Shown one piece after another: positions 39,301 to 54,300 of a stretch of 61,440 bases of DNA. The notes beneath the pieces were generated by a model. The model searched no databases, was not told the origin of the DNA, and saw nothing but the letters and a program-made list of their open reading frames with translations. This stretch comes from Rhynchobatus australiae (taxonomy: Eukaryota): positions 99,170,931 through 99,232,370 of the forward strand of contig JAUZTB010000001.1 of the NCBI GenBank assembly GCA_034780895.1. Reading direction: 5' to 3'. The translations under genes were made by a program, and so were the position numbers. Position 1 is the stretch's first letter; every line of letters starts with the position of its first letter.

Positions 39301-42300
39301 TTTAATTAGTGGGTATAATTTATCCCTATAACATACAGTATACATTGTAACTATCTTTAGGTAGTGTCTGTTGTTTGAATTCCTTGCTGCATTTTTGGTA
39401 TTTTTATGAATTCTTCACTGCCTTTCTGGTCTTGGCTTGCTTTTGCCTTTTTTTTAAGCCTGAATTTGTGGCTCATGCTTCAGGAGATATGGACCAACCT
39501 GAGTGAGTGGGTGAGAACATGGCAGGCAGAACTTAAGTGGAAAAATATTGGGTAATCCACTTTGGTGCACATAATAAAAAACACATAATGGTGCTGATGT
39601 TCAAAGGGACCAGAGTGTGCTTGTACTGAATTATTGCACTTTACATCATAAAGCTCTATTTCCTAGACTCCAGTGGTATGTTTGCTGCTTTTGATTTTGT
39701 AATAAATTTTGTTACCTCATGGTCTTCTGTGTATATTTGGTGATCAGATGTCATGAGCTATGATTGCACAGAATAACCTTGCTCACTTATGTGATTCTTC
39801 CACCTTTTATTCCCATTCAAGCAAGGATAGAACAGTGAAAAGCATTGAAATGAAGGTACTAGACAGCTGGAAGGATTCCTTCATTGTTGCTGGAACTAAA
39901 TCGTGGAATTTCCTGTCCAAAAGCACTGTTAAGAGTCCCTTCACCAGAAGGACTGTAGCTGTTTTAAGTAGCCACCTCATCAGTACTGTCTCAAAGGCAG
40001 TCAGAGATGGGCTGTCTTTACCAGTGATACCCCAATTTTCCAAATTAATTAGGGAAAAGAAACACTCCAGGCATCATATCTGTTATCAATGAAAGTATTT
40101 GAAAAGATGGGTCCTGCTGAATTGCTGTTAAAACTGACATTGCATTGGGTGGGTCCTGCTGCATATCCAGCAATGTAATCCTTCACTGTTCTCTGCCTAC
40201 AGGCTACAGCCTGTAAGATGCAACACGTCACACAAGAAGCACTTAGTGAAATGAGAGAGTTTATTTTGCAGTTGCACTTCTCAGAATGATATAACAACAA
40301 CTTTGCATGGTTTGTCAGATCACAAGATTGCAGCTGAGGGGACATCACACATATTTAGGAAACGGTGCTATTCGGAAGCAGGGGTTGAAACATTCTACCC
40401 TGCTTGGTGCTGCTCCATGAAGTACAGCTTTGTTATAGTGCTTGTGGTCGTCCAGTCCAAACATCCACTGGTATATACCACCTTGACCTTTATAAAAGGC
40501 ATATGCTCAATCTGTGTACTGCTGTGCAAGAAACCTGGATACCTGGAACCTATTGCAAACTCTTGCCCTCCCTGTTTCTGTGTTTAGAAGCTGGCTTGCA
40601 ACCCTGCCCTGCACTGGCTGCATTTACCTCAAAGGCCGGTGAGCTTGTTACCTTAGAGAAACCTCTGGGCTAGAGAGAGCTGTACAGTCAAGCAAAAAGA
40701 GAGGCTTCCATCACATCCAGCAGGTGGTGATGAGAGAGACCGCTGGATCTGGGTGGAGTGTTGCCAATCACCACCAATCGCTCTTGCACACTGTGCTGGT
40801 TAAGATGCAGCCCTGAGCACCCACAGACTGCTGAGAGGCCACATCACCCACCCCAGCCCACCCAAGACCAGTCCTCAAAAGCAGGCTTTCCGCACTGAGG
40901 GTGGGTANNNNNNNNNNAATTGTCTAAACAGGTAAACCTTCACTTTGGAGTATCACTGCATCAGCATGAGGTTCCTGACACCCAGACTCCCCACACAGCA
41001 GTACATAGCAACAGGGAGGGTCAGGGTTTGTACCAGTTTCTTAACACAGTGGTGCTGCCAGTGATGCATCCCTGTACTTGTAATACTACAATGATCCCAT
41101 TTAGCACTGATTCCACCCACACTCTCATTCTCGGGAATGCATCTCGGGCACTGAACAAGGTACCAATGTACATAAGGAACAGCTTTTCTCTGAATCTTAC
41201 AGGGCTGTGTTTGACATGGAAGTACTTTATAACAACACGCACAAAATAAAATTCATGAACCAGAGAAAGCAATTTTGCACACAATTCTGGTGAACAGTTG
41301 GTGAAATTGACGGATTGCTATTTTGTAATATATTTTGTACCATTTAAATGAATTCTAATGTAGAGAAATGTGAGGTGATGCATTTTGTTGGGAGGAATGA
41401 GGAGAGGCAGTGTTGATACTGTTCTATAAGGGGTACAGGAGGGGATAGAGCTGGAAGTGTAGGTGCACAAGTCATTGAAAGTGGCAGTGGAGGTTGAGAA
41501 GGCAGTTAATAAGATATACACAATTCTGGGCTTCATCAATAAAGGCATAAATGCAGGGAAGTTATGCTGCATGTTAATAAAACACTGGTCTGGACTCAGC
41601 TGTATTGTGTTCAGTTTTGGTCAGCTCTTAATTGGAAGGATGTGGAAGCATTGGCGAGGACCCTGAGAACTACAAGAATGGTATCTAGGATGAGGGACAA
41701 CAGTTAAAGAATATTGTGAGGCTGGGATTATTTTCTTTGGAGAAGGGAAGCTGAGGGAAGATTTGATGGAGGCATATATAATAATGGGGTATCTGGACAA
41801 AGTGGACAGTGGGAGGCTGTTCATCTTGGTGAAGGGCTTGAGAATTAGATATAACATGTACAAAATGAAGGGGGAGAGAATTAACAGTGACATCAGAAAT
41901 AATAACCTTTTTATGTAGTGTCGTGGTTGCCTGCAGAAGTGATTTAAAAATAGGTTACATTGTGGCTACCAAGAGTGCATTAGATACAGTGAGGAAAATG
42001 TGCAAGGCTCTGGAGAAGGAGCTGGGGAGTGGAGCCCATGAGCTTCTCTTGCAGAGCACTGGTTCAGGTATGATCAGCCAAATGGCCTCCTCCTGTGCTG
42101 TAGTCATTCCATAATTCCACGATAGGTGCTATACACACGGTAAATTATTTGAACTTGCTATTACAAGAGCAAACATGGCATCCATTTTGCANNNNNNNNN
42201 NNNNNNNNNNNNNNNNNNNNNNNNNNNNNNNNNNNNNNNNNNNNNNNNNNNNNNNNNNNNNNNNNNNNNNNNNNNNNNNNNNNNNNNNNNNCATCCATTT

Positions 42301-45300
42301 TGCACTTAGCGGTATTCAATGACTAGTGTCAAGATTATTGGTCCAATCTCTTTCTAATGGTAATGACTGAGAATAGAATGTTGGCCAAGGCACAAGGAAA
42401 ATACTTGTTTTACTTTGAAAAGCTTCTTGGTTCTTTATTTTTCTATTGTACAACTGGTTTAATTTCCTACCTGAAGGATTATGCCAGCATTCTCTCAATT
42501 ATGTATGGCGGAAGGTCAGCCGAGATTAGGTAGTTGAGCAATGGAACAAAGTTTGAATCCGCAGTCAATTGACCCAAGCCGATTACTTATAAAAAACTAC
42601 TTGTGTGTAATAATGGCTGTGATTTATATGTATTGACTAACTTTTGACTCTGTGAACCTTTCAGATTTTACATAATTTCCACTTTATAAATTTTAGCTTC
42701 TGAGATTGGTGCTAAATTGTTACCTGTTTCACCATTTGATTATTTAATTGTAACAGTGCATAAGCAGCAATGTATTTGTACTTGATTATAATCCAGATTT
42801 GTGATTTTAATTGTGTGTGAATCTCCATACCTAACTAACACAATCTTGCTTGTTAATAATAGATATGGTCGAGTGAATTATGTGCTGGCTCGGAGACTCG
42901 AGTTGTTGCGTGAAGTAGGGCGATTGCAGGAGAGTCTCGGGGTTCCTGGAGATGTCTCGTACACCTGTGAAACAGCTGGACATTTCTACCTGTATCAGGT
43001 AAGACATAGCTCTATCCAAGTTTGGTGCTCAGTGGCCTGATCATTGATTGATATTTTTATCTGCTTAATGATTTTTCTGTTTAATGTTCCGGTATTCCCC
43101 ATGTGTTTGTTTTTATGACCAATTGCAATGTCTGGTTGCATGAGACGTGGTTTTTATTTAAAATGTGCTATACATGAGATACAGTTTTCTGAATAAAAAT
43201 TTGTTTTAATCAACTAACGATACTTCGCATCCCCGTGGCCTCATGTCCACTCGTCCTCCATCCCTTTTATCTTCATCCAGATTTCAGCACCTCTGTATCA
43301 CATTGCCCAGCTGAACTACCATTTTAAGAGATTTGTAATTCATATTTTAATTAAGAATTTCATTTTTGATATTGGGATCAATTTTTTTTTAATTATATGT
43401 AACATGAGGCACAAGTTTATTCTCAATGTTTGTTTCAGCCATGTATATCAGTACATTTGTTCTCTTTGTTTTCATTCAGGTGATGTCACGTTGGGAAGAA
43501 TATCTTAGTAAAGTAAAAGCCAAAAGTGGAAAGTCTGGTGATGTTACAACAGTGTCTGAGCATTTTCCATTCCATAAATACTTTGCCAATGCACCGCAGC
43601 CTATTTTTAAATGTCAATCGTATGAAGAAGATATGGAAATAGCTGAAGGGTGTTTCAGGCACATTAATAAAATATTTACACAGCTGGAGGTAGGCCATAT
43701 TTTTAAGAATAGCAATAACTCTTGTAATTTTCACTAACTATATGTGTTGCCCAGATTTTCACCAGTCGCATAATGGATAGATATATAATTTGTTTTGGTG
43801 TTGTTAAGCTCAAAGTTAGCATAACTGAATGCACAAGAAAATCGAGCATTCTGAAATGGGATCCCATGACAGCTTTGTAAAATGTCAGATTTGTTGTTGT
43901 GATGTGCTGATCTTGATTATTTCTTATTTGCCAAGTCATTTTAGCAATGCATGAAATCACAACCATAATCCAATTATTAGTTTGTTTAATATGCTGAGCC
44001 TTGGATTATTTTAATAATTGCAAACAGTTGGAAACTCTGAACTGATTAGAATATGAAAACCCCTTAAAGAGGCACCATTAGCAATAACAAACTGAGATGG
44101 AGAGGAGAAGCACCCAGCATCATTGTTTGATGCTAAAATTATTTTTACTTTGTCCAAATAATTCAGGGTATGTTTTCAGATTTCAATTATTTAATAGCTG
44201 TGTAACCAACAAATGCAAGGCAGGCATGTTAGTAGATTTCTGAGAATGCAAAGATAGCCACATTTTACTTTACTGTAAATAACTTTCTTAAATCCTTCAC
44301 CCTCAGCTTCTACAATAAACACAAGGATTTTATAGGTCTTTTTGTTTCTGATATCATCTCATTAATTTCCATTGCTGCTGTTCTTCCTTTCCCATTCCAC
44401 CAACCCAAACTCGAAATTTAAATAAGCCCAGTCTTAGCCCTATACCGATAGTGTTTGCTATTTTTTCTTCCTATTTTCATAGGAAGAATTTCATATTCTT
44501 CTGGTCATATTTTCTATTTATAATTCACAAGGGCGGCAAGGTAGCGTAGCAGTTAGCGTGACACTATTACAGTGCCAGCGATCGGGGTTCAATTCCCGTT
44601 GCTGCCTGTAAGGAGTTTATACGTTCTCCTGTGTCTGCGTGAGTTTCCTCTGGGTGCTCTAGTTTCCTGCCACATTCCAAAGACGTACAGGTAGGTTAAT
44701 ATGGGTTTAAATGGGTGGCGCAGACTCATTGGGCCAGAAGGGCCTGTTACCACGCTGTAAATAAAATTTAAAAAAAAAATTTTTTAATTCATTCCTGGTC
44801 ACATTTCTTAGAACTCTGTTTGAGTTTCTCCAATCGGGTTTTCTCTCCTGAAGTGGTATTAGTATGACACATCAAAATCACTGATGGCATTTTATGTGAT
44901 CGTGACGATGGTAATCTTGTCGTATGCCTTAGCAACTTTAACCATCCTCCTCCATTGCCTCACCGTTGTCACTCAATCAGGTGGGAAGGAACTCACCGGC
45001 TTATATTTTCAACTATTCAATTGGAGTCTCTTAGTCAATTGCAGTAACTTCTTTTCCCACACTTGCAAAATTCCTTTNNNNNNNNNNNNNNNNNNNNNNN
45101 NNNNNNNNNNNNNNNNNNNNNNNNNNNNNNNNNNNNNNNNNNNNNNNNNNNNNNNNNNNNNNNNNNNNNNNNNNNNNCTTTGGGCAATACCATTCCTCAA
45201 AGATGTGCTGTACTTCAGCAAAATCATCTAAAATCATAGAATTGCTCTCCACATGTACAGTGGCAATACCCAGCTTTATGCAACACTGCCTCTCTCAACC

Positions 45301-48300
45301 ATTCCACTTGCCCAAAATCTAGTGCTAGATGAGCAAAAATTTCTCAAAGTAACTAGATGAGCAGAAACTTCTCAAAGTAAATATCGGAAAGACTGAAACT
45401 ATTGTCTTTGATTTGCATCACAAACTGCGTCCTTCAGCTACCAACCCCATCCCTCTCCCTGATCTGAATCTGAACTAAACTGTTGCAGATGTGGTGTCCT
45501 GTGGAACACTGGGAAGAGCACTTTATTGCTGACATTGGCATGCCTAAAAAAATTTCTGCCACCCATGTCCTAACAAACAGTCTTGTTCTCCTGTCCCTCT
45601 ATGCTAGCTCGCCTGCGTTGGCTCACAGTAAAGCAGTGGCTTAAATTTTAAATTCTCTTCCACGTTTGCAAATTGCTCCAAGGCCACACCTGAATACTGA
45701 CACCAAATAATGCAGCAGCATCCTAAGCATTTAGCTGATCCAGCAGAGATCAGTTTAACCTTTCTCCCAAATGCTGAGAACTCCAACCATGCAATGCTGA
45801 AGTGTCAAGTGTTCTGAAGTCCCAGAAAAAAATAGAGTTATTTAAAAAAGGACCCATGAATGTGGGTGGAACAAATGGTTTTAATAAAGAAGTAATGTAA
45901 GAAATATAAAATTTATGTAATGGAAGTAAACAGGTAGATTAAGGGGTTGAACTGTGAATGGAAAATAGTTTGTATCAAGCAAAATAGCAAAGACTTCTAT
46001 AAGAATGGAAGGGGTAGTAATAGAAAGAGATCATTTACTGTCAGGAAAAGAAGAGTAGAACTGTTTATGAATTTTAAGCATCAGCTTTTACAGAATTATT
46101 TGGAGATGAGGAGGACACATTTAGAAAACTATAATACCAAGAAGCTTAATGTAACATGGCATCATTGTCACAGGTTGTTACTGAGATCAATTGGAACATC
46201 TTTTGAAGAAGAATAATAAAATTATATAGGTATAAGGATATAAAAAAAGAACAATGAGATTAGAATTGTTTCAGCTAGCCTACCCTTCTAAGCTGTAATT
46301 TCAGTGGACTTTCTTTGCCCCAGTATGTCATAAAAGATTTACTTTGGTTTACAAAGGTGCAATGCCTCCAGAAGAAGGATAAAACGTTAGTCCTTACGGC
46401 TTTATTTTCTTGAGTAATGGATTTCCCATTCCCGGAGACCTGTAATGATTTATAGGTGATCTCAATCTACTTAATTTAAAATCTTTTAAAAAGTTGTAAG
46501 AATGAGTTTATATTCCAATTTCTGCAAGTCGAGAATTCTCTGTACATAGATGGTATTGAAAAGCTTGTGGATAAGCTTCAAAGTCTGCAATCTTTTTTAC
46601 ATATTTAGTCACTGTATTGTTTTGGAATACTTTCCTTTTTAATCTGATTCCTTTTTAATCTGATTTCTTGGAAATTTTTGCAGGAGTTTCGGGCTTTTGA
46701 GCTGCTGCGCAGTGGACTGGACAGATCAAAATATTTATTGGTAAAAGAAGCAAAGATCATTGCCATGACATGTACTCATGCTGCCTTAAAACGCCATGAC
46801 CTAGTAGAGCTAGGCTTCAAGGTAAAGTGTAATTGAATCTTTTAATACAGTAGTTCTTGGAAGAGGCTCAAATATTTTAGAGCTGCTTATCTTCTTGATA
46901 CATGAAGCATGCTGTATTTTAAGCTTGTTCCTTTGTACAAAATAATTTGTGTACATAAGACCAAAAATGAAACCTTGTATTCACTGAATGTGTTATTTCC
47001 TTTCAAGTATTTATTTTATTTATGTTTGCAATTTAGATTTGAAATTACAATTTAAATACAAAGCAGGCAGTGACTTTTAGATTGTAATCACATGCTATTC
47101 GATCTCAAATTAGTGGTGCCATGATATTGTAATATATGCTTATGTGTATGAAACTAAATTTGGATTTTTTGGCAACAACAATGGATCAACTAGAAAAATC
47201 AATTGTAGATATTTGCCACATTTTGTAAGTTATCCAAATGATGAGTTTTTACATAATGTAGAACAATTCTAATTCCACTTGTTATGTGTAATATGACAGA
47301 CTTAACAGAAGTTTGTCATGGATATGATGTATTGGGAGAAACCATGTGAACCAGCTTGGTCATGAAATTTTAGCTCTTGCACTATTCATAACATAATAAC
47401 TAACTGGCAGTGATCTGAGTATTTTTAAAACTATGTGACTCCTGTCATTGTGTAATTAGAATTTGAGAATTATGAATTTATAGCATCTGATTAATGAATA
47501 TCATTGGTAACCTACAGATCTGCTCTGCATTTCAGAAATACAAGTAAATTGAATCATGATTTTGCCATTATTAGTTCGAGGGTAAGGGGTGTTAAATTTG
47601 ATAGCCCCTGAAAACAGAAAATCACTGGATTGTCAGTCCGTCAATATCCACGCTCTTTTGATTGCAGTGTAGGAAACACGTAAACTCTTTATAAAACATG
47701 TTCTTTACCTAACTTTTGAATCCTATGTGCACTTCTTTCTGCAGGTATCTGCATTAAATGTTTTTCCGAATAAATGTTATCAAATTCATTCNNNNNNNNN
47801 NNNNNNNNNNNNNNNNNNNNNNNNNNNNNNNNNNNNNNNNNNNNNNNNNNNNNNNNNNNNNNNNNNNNNNNNNNNNNNNNNNNNNNNNNNNTATCAAATT
47901 CATTCTGTGGATTCTGAGCACTTTCCCCCAATGCCAATGTTCCTTTTGGCTTGGTTTATTTGACCATTTTGTATTGTATTAGTACAAGTAAATTAGCTGG
48001 CTGCAATTCCAAACCTTAAGGCATTTTTTTGAGTACTTCCTTTCAATCCCCCCACCCCTCCCTACACCAGTATTTTGTCAGGGTTAATGCTGCAACATTG
48101 AGTTTCACTAATGATCCTTTATATAAAGTTTTGTCAATTTTTTTTGGAAATCTTGGTAAGAGATGCTATCAGGGTTTCTGCAACTCACCTGGGATATTAC
48201 TTCCTTAGAGCTGTTGAGGAAATTGATCACTTGGGCTCTTTGTCTTTTAAGTCCAGGTCCATTGTTGTTTATTAAATGGGTCTTGTACCTGGTGCATTCT

Positions 48301-51300
48301 ATGTTCATTTCCCCTTTGTCTTTTCCTATTGCCTTCCTCCTATTTTAAAACCTCATGTTCTTGGTACCAGTCTCATAAATTGATGTAATGTTGTTTCTTC
48401 GGCTTTAATCTCTTTCTATTGTCAGATTCCCAGAAATGCATGCGGTAACCCTTAAATCTCTGTTACAAATTCAATGTTACATGTTGTTTTATTCAATCTC
48501 CTTAGATTTAAAACTGCAAATCTAATTTGCCTATATGTATGGCAATAAGTTTTCTCCAGTGTGATCATACACAATTCAGTATTGACCCAAAGGTTAACTA
48601 TGAAGGGCTGTTGATTTGGACTTCAATCCCTGAAGAATAAAATCTACTGGAAATATGAAATACAAAGTTTACTTTGGTTTGCCAGAAATGCTATTTAAAA
48701 TCAGATCTGAAGAATTAGCCTGTGCAAAGTACATTGGAATCACATACATATAGTCACCATCATAGGGGTAGAGGAGAGGATGTTTTTAGCCATGTTTATG
48801 AATCTGCGATACCTAATACAGGAGTGCTTTGATATTATGCTGCGAACCAGAATGACTGGGTGTTCCATCATTGGATCTAATAACTCGCTCAGTTGGACCT
48901 ACAATCACTAAACCATGTTTACACAATTCAATTAATTGCTTTTTGGTGGGGATGATAAAGAGGTGGGTCTTTTATATTTTAATACGTGCACTATCATCTT
49001 TTGACAGTATGACAACATCCTGATGGAGGAAGCAGCACAGATTCTTGAGATTGAAACATTTATTCCACTACTAATACAGGTAATGGGTCTTTTAGTAAAA
49101 GACAGTAACCACATCAGNNNNNNNNNNNNNNNNNNNNNNNNNNNNNNNNNNNNNNNNNNNNNNNNNNNNNNNNNNNNNNNNNNNNNNNNNNNNNNNNNNN
49201 NNNNNNNNNNNNNNNNNNNNNNNNNNNNNNNNNNNNNNNNNNCATTTCTTTATTTCTTTTTCCCCTTTTCTTTGGAGCAGACTCGATAGGCCAAATGACC
49301 TACTTCTGCTCCCTTATCTTGTGTGATCTTGTGATTGACATTGATTCTTTTGATGTTACAAGTGAATGTGCAGGAGATGCTTCCAATTTTTACGAAGTTT
49401 TTTAGACTAGAAATTGTTGATGTACTTCCATTCTCCGCAGAACCCTGAAGATGGTTTCAGTAGACTGAAGCGCTGGATTATGATAGGTGATCACCATCAG
49501 CTTCCACCTGTCATTAAGAACATGGCTTTCCAAAAATATTCCAACATGGAGCAATCCCTGTTCACACGTTTTGTTCGTTTGGGTGTTCCAACCGTGGATC
49601 TTGATGCACAGGGCAGAGCAAGGGCAAGGTAAGACAAACAAAACTTCATTTGCAAAGACAGCAGGACCTGCATTTTATCAACTGTGTTTCTTAACATTGG
49701 AATAATGAGACAAATAACCAGGTAAGCTCTCTTTGCTGATGTTGCCAGGGCATTGAGAATTGAACCAATGTTCTTTGAGGATTGCCACAGGATCATTAAT
49801 ATCCAGCTGTAATGGCAGCTGGGGCCATAGTTTAATGTCTGGCCTGAAAAATGGCATTTCTGAAACCACGGTATTCCCATAGTATGGCACTGTAGTGGAT
49901 ATCTAAATTATTTATTGGAATTTCCACAGAGGGTTACCAGCTCAACTGTTTTTTCAAAAGCATCTGAGATGGCTATGAATTGGATCATATTTTGTAACAG
50001 ATTCCAAGCAAACATTTTAATCCTTGCTATTAATCTATAATAATATGAACATTTCCATGCCCAGGAATCCATCTTTAGATTGCTAGAGTTAAATGCATGC
50101 TATAGGAGGGTCCATGCATTGTGGAGCTTCTGAAGTCGCTGGAATACCAAAGTCACTGGAACTGATTTCAGAAGCGATGTGCTTTCATTACCATTTTACA
50201 TGTTTATAACTACCAATTTGAATTTCACTCCCACTGAGCAAACATCAGCATATCAACCTTACAGGATTTACCCATTTAATAATCATTCAGCTCACAAAAA
50301 CCTGAAATACTTCAGACAGAACTATAGCTGTANNNNNNNNNNNNNNNNNNNNNNNNNNNNNNNNNNNNNNNNNNNNNNNNNNNNNNNNNNNNNNNNNNNN
50401 NNNNNNNNNNNNNNNNNNNNNNNNNNNNNNNNTAAGCATGTCAGATAATTATAGTATTTGTTTTACTGACTTGCTCTACTTCATCCTCCATTAAGTTTGT
50501 GCAACCTCTATAACTGGCGTTACAAGAAACTCGGTAATCTTCCACACGTCCAGACTCTACCTGAGTTTTGTGCTGCTAATGCTGGGTTAGTGTATGACTT
50601 CCAACTTATCAATGTGGAGGACTTCAATGGAATCGGTGAATCAGAACCAAATCCATACTTCTACCAGGTAAATGGTTGGCTTATTAACAACAGACATTGA
50701 CTACTGATTTTATATCCCATTGACGTTTTGCTCCAAAATCATCCAGATATTTTTGAAGTAATATGCAAGAACTTAAAGAATATGTTGTGTGTGCGTACAT
50801 TTTGAGCATGCATGCGATCGTTTTTCAAATCCATTGCCTGCTTTTCTGAAATTGCCTTGTTGCACACATTTCACAGAATCTAGCTGAGGCTGAATATGCA
50901 GTAGCCCTTTTCATGTACATGCGCCTTTTGGGATATCCTGCAGAGAGAATTAGTATCTTGACAACGTACAATGGTCAGAAGCATTTGATTCGTGATGTCA
51001 TCAATCAGCGTTGTGGTAGTAATCCTCTTATAGGTCGTCCAAGCAAGGTAAGATTCCTCTTCAAACACTGTTACATGACAGATGTACAATGAGGCAGTAA
51101 CACATAGTGATAATTTACAACTAGATTTTAAAATATCAACTAGTTGAAGTTGTCTGACACAGTGTGTAAACAGTACATATTGGTTAAATTTTTCCTGGTT
51201 GTTAGTTCCCAATTTCAATCACTCTCGTTGAAGTATTGAGTGGAATGGCTAGCAAAAGAATATTGGAAAGTATGTCATGACTGAGTTCTTAGTTAATTCC

Positions 51301-54300
51301 TTGCTAAGAGTTGCACTGAGAGTGACCTGTGAAGGCTGTGCAAAGAAAAGGAGTTTTTTTTAATCTACTAGTAAAGTATTCCCCATATTAATCTCAACAA
51401 ATTCTTTATGCACTTAAAAACTATACAGTATTGCAGATGAAAAAGTCAGCTTGTTAGGGCTGCATTTTCTCATGGAGTGTGTGGATTTTAGACTGTTGCA
51501 GTCTATATCAAGTGTGATTCAGAAGTGTCATGCTCCATGGATTTTATTATAATTTTATTTCTGCAAATGCTTTTTCCTGAGAGTTAATTTATAATGCCTA
51601 GAACAATGACAAGGGATTTTAATATTTGTATGTATTCTGATTCAAACAGAGGACCTTTAAATGACCTTGGAAATTGTTTACCCTCAATTCTACTCCCCCA
51701 ATCCAAGTTGTTATTTCAGAAGTGAGCAGATTTTTTTTCTTCTAGGTGACTACGGTGGACAGATTCCAGGGACAGCAGAATGATTATATTATCCTCTCGC
51801 TGGTGCGAACCAAAGCTGTTGGACATCTGAGGTATGGTGTGTGGCGTGAGTTTTTCAGCCCCTTTGAGGTTGCAGGTGGATGTCAGCATTACAGGACTTA
51901 TTCACATGTTGATAAATAAAACAGATTAAAGACCCTAAATAAAAGTAATCAAATTACTAGAATCTAGGAAATCCTTCACTGGATTTACTTCAAGTTCTTC
52001 ATTTCTTCACAGTGTATTTCCACATGAACTTTATCAATAGTGTGACTCATCTGCTTTGTATCAATTTTCAAGAATTGCCTTTCATAGCAGAAGAGTTCCC
52101 AACTGAATGCCATTCCTGATGGTGAGTCAGGAAAAAGAAACGTATTCATTTTACTGGTACAGAGAAGATGCTTTAAATGATGAAACAACAGTAAAAATGA
52201 GCAGTTGATATAAGTAATTGTATCTTCAGCTGTTGGCAAATGGGAATAAGCAATCTGGAATGGAATCAAAAAATCTCTTAACTTATCTTTTACTTTCAGT
52301 TGCTGATCCTTTCTGCATATTTAGCCTTTTTTTCATTTGATCTGTTTTTATGCTGCTTAAAATAATTGGAAATTTGGTTTCTGATGACAGTTAATCGTCA
52401 CACAGCAGCTGCTGTTTGACAGGCAATGATGAAAGTGCCAAAGCTGTTGATGTATCTGTCAGTGATCTATGTAAATGAGGGTAGATTAAATTTGTTTAAA
52501 ATAAGATTTAGGACTGTAGTACCAGTTGTAAAATTATAATAATGCATGCTTTTAAACCACATTGTTGTAAAAGAGCCCAGGAGTCATTTCAATAACGAAT
52601 ATTTGGGAATCATCTTGTTGACTTAATAAAAGTTTAGAGAGGAAGTCCTAAGTAACATTGATGTGAGAAAGAGGAATTGTGCAATTTTATGGTCATCTCT
52701 ACCCTTCCTTCATCTCCATTAATCCCTTGGTCTTTCCCACACACTCTCATATTGTCTTTGTGGTATTAGGAGCTGGGTGAGCCAAGATTCTTCGGCTAGA
52801 TAGTGGCAGAACCAAAGCTACCTTATCTCAATGCCTCAAACGCTGACCTAACTCTTGAGTTCAGTACAGTCAATCTCTCAGCTGTCACCTCAGATTACAT
52901 TTGAGGTGCAGATTCTTGAATAGATTCAACTGTGTTTCAACTTCTTGTCTACATCTGATCAATTATTCACCTCCCTGCCATCTTCTGCCTCACTCTTCCT
53001 GCAAATGAAATTCTGATCTACATATTTAGAGCTCTTCAGTATTCTCCTAGCTACTCCTCTCATCTCCACTTTCTTGAACTACAAACAGAAAGCCATAGTC
53101 AAAGTTTTCAAATGTCACTGGCAAACACATTCCAAGCTCCTGTACCTCCACTCCCACTCCATATCTTTCCTGCTGTCTGAAAATTTCAATATGTAAGTTT
53201 GTTGATCTACTTCTCCAGCATTAAACCATTACTTATTTCCTGCACTGTTGTCAACAGGCAAAGTTTCAATCACAAAAGTCATCCACATTTCCACGCCATC
53301 ACAGACCTCCCTGCTGTCAGAAAATTTTCAATGACCTTTATCTCAAACTGCAGTAGTACCTTCTAATCCTTTTCCTCCTTTGTCATGTTTGGTGTTTACT
53401 TTTCCATTTTCCCGAAAAACATTCTAACATTTCTCTGAACATGAAGGACCTTAGAAATATAAACCACACTGATTTGCATGTGCTTTGTTTTGGTTTTGTT
53501 GTGTTATCCTCAGCATTTATAGTTTTGGTAGTGGTAGCTGCAGTGTTCTCCATAAGGGAAATGTGTTTGAGGATACAATCTGACATGGGAATTTTATTTT
53601 TGAGGAAATCCTGATGCTGATTTCTAAATTTTAAATTTTATTTACAGCGTGGTAACAGGCTCTTCCGGCCCAACGAGTCCGCGCCGCCCATTTTAAACCC
53701 CATGTTAACCTACCCGTATGTCNNNNNNNNNNNNNNNNNNNNNNNNNNNNNNNNNNNNNNNNNNNNNNNNNNNNNNNNNNNNNNNNNNNNNNNNNNNNNN
53801 NNNNNNNNNNNNNNNNNNNNNNCAGACACGGGAGAACGTACAAACTCCTTACAGACAGCGATGGGAATCGAACCCCGATCGCTGGTGCTGTAATAGCGTC
53901 ACGCTAGCCGCTACGCTACAGTGCTAAGACATTCAATCATTAATATGATCCTATTTGAATGCAAGTTCAGAAGCATAGTAAATTAGAATAGAGAGTTGTT
54001 TAGCAAATTAAATTAAATAATAAATCATGATTGACTCCCAAATCAGTTTATGACTCACCTAAGTGCTTGTCAAAGATATCCAGTTGAATTAGTGAATAAA
54101 CAGTGCCGTATGGTCATTAATTGTCAGCTTAAAACTTTCAGCATATTAATAGGAAAAAAATGGCAACTGAACCTTATTGAAGTGACAGTTATTACATGGA
54201 AATACTACTTATTTAAGACAAGATCTTTTTTTAATCTCCAGGTTGCTGCAATGATCAGTACATTAACAGTTATCTTGTTTTTTTCTTCAGAGATGTTCGG

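Noticed and set aside
44531-44605. tRNA gene
   Set aside because: A/B boxes run directly into a SINE body and tail; this is a SINE head, not a full cloverleaf
45326-45381. 28-bp tandem duplication
   Set aside because: Lies inside a decayed L2 fragment; an ordinary local duplication
52381-52436. CTGATGA...GAAA as a hammerhead ribozyme
   Set aside because: No stem II closing pair or stems I/III compatible with the catalytic core
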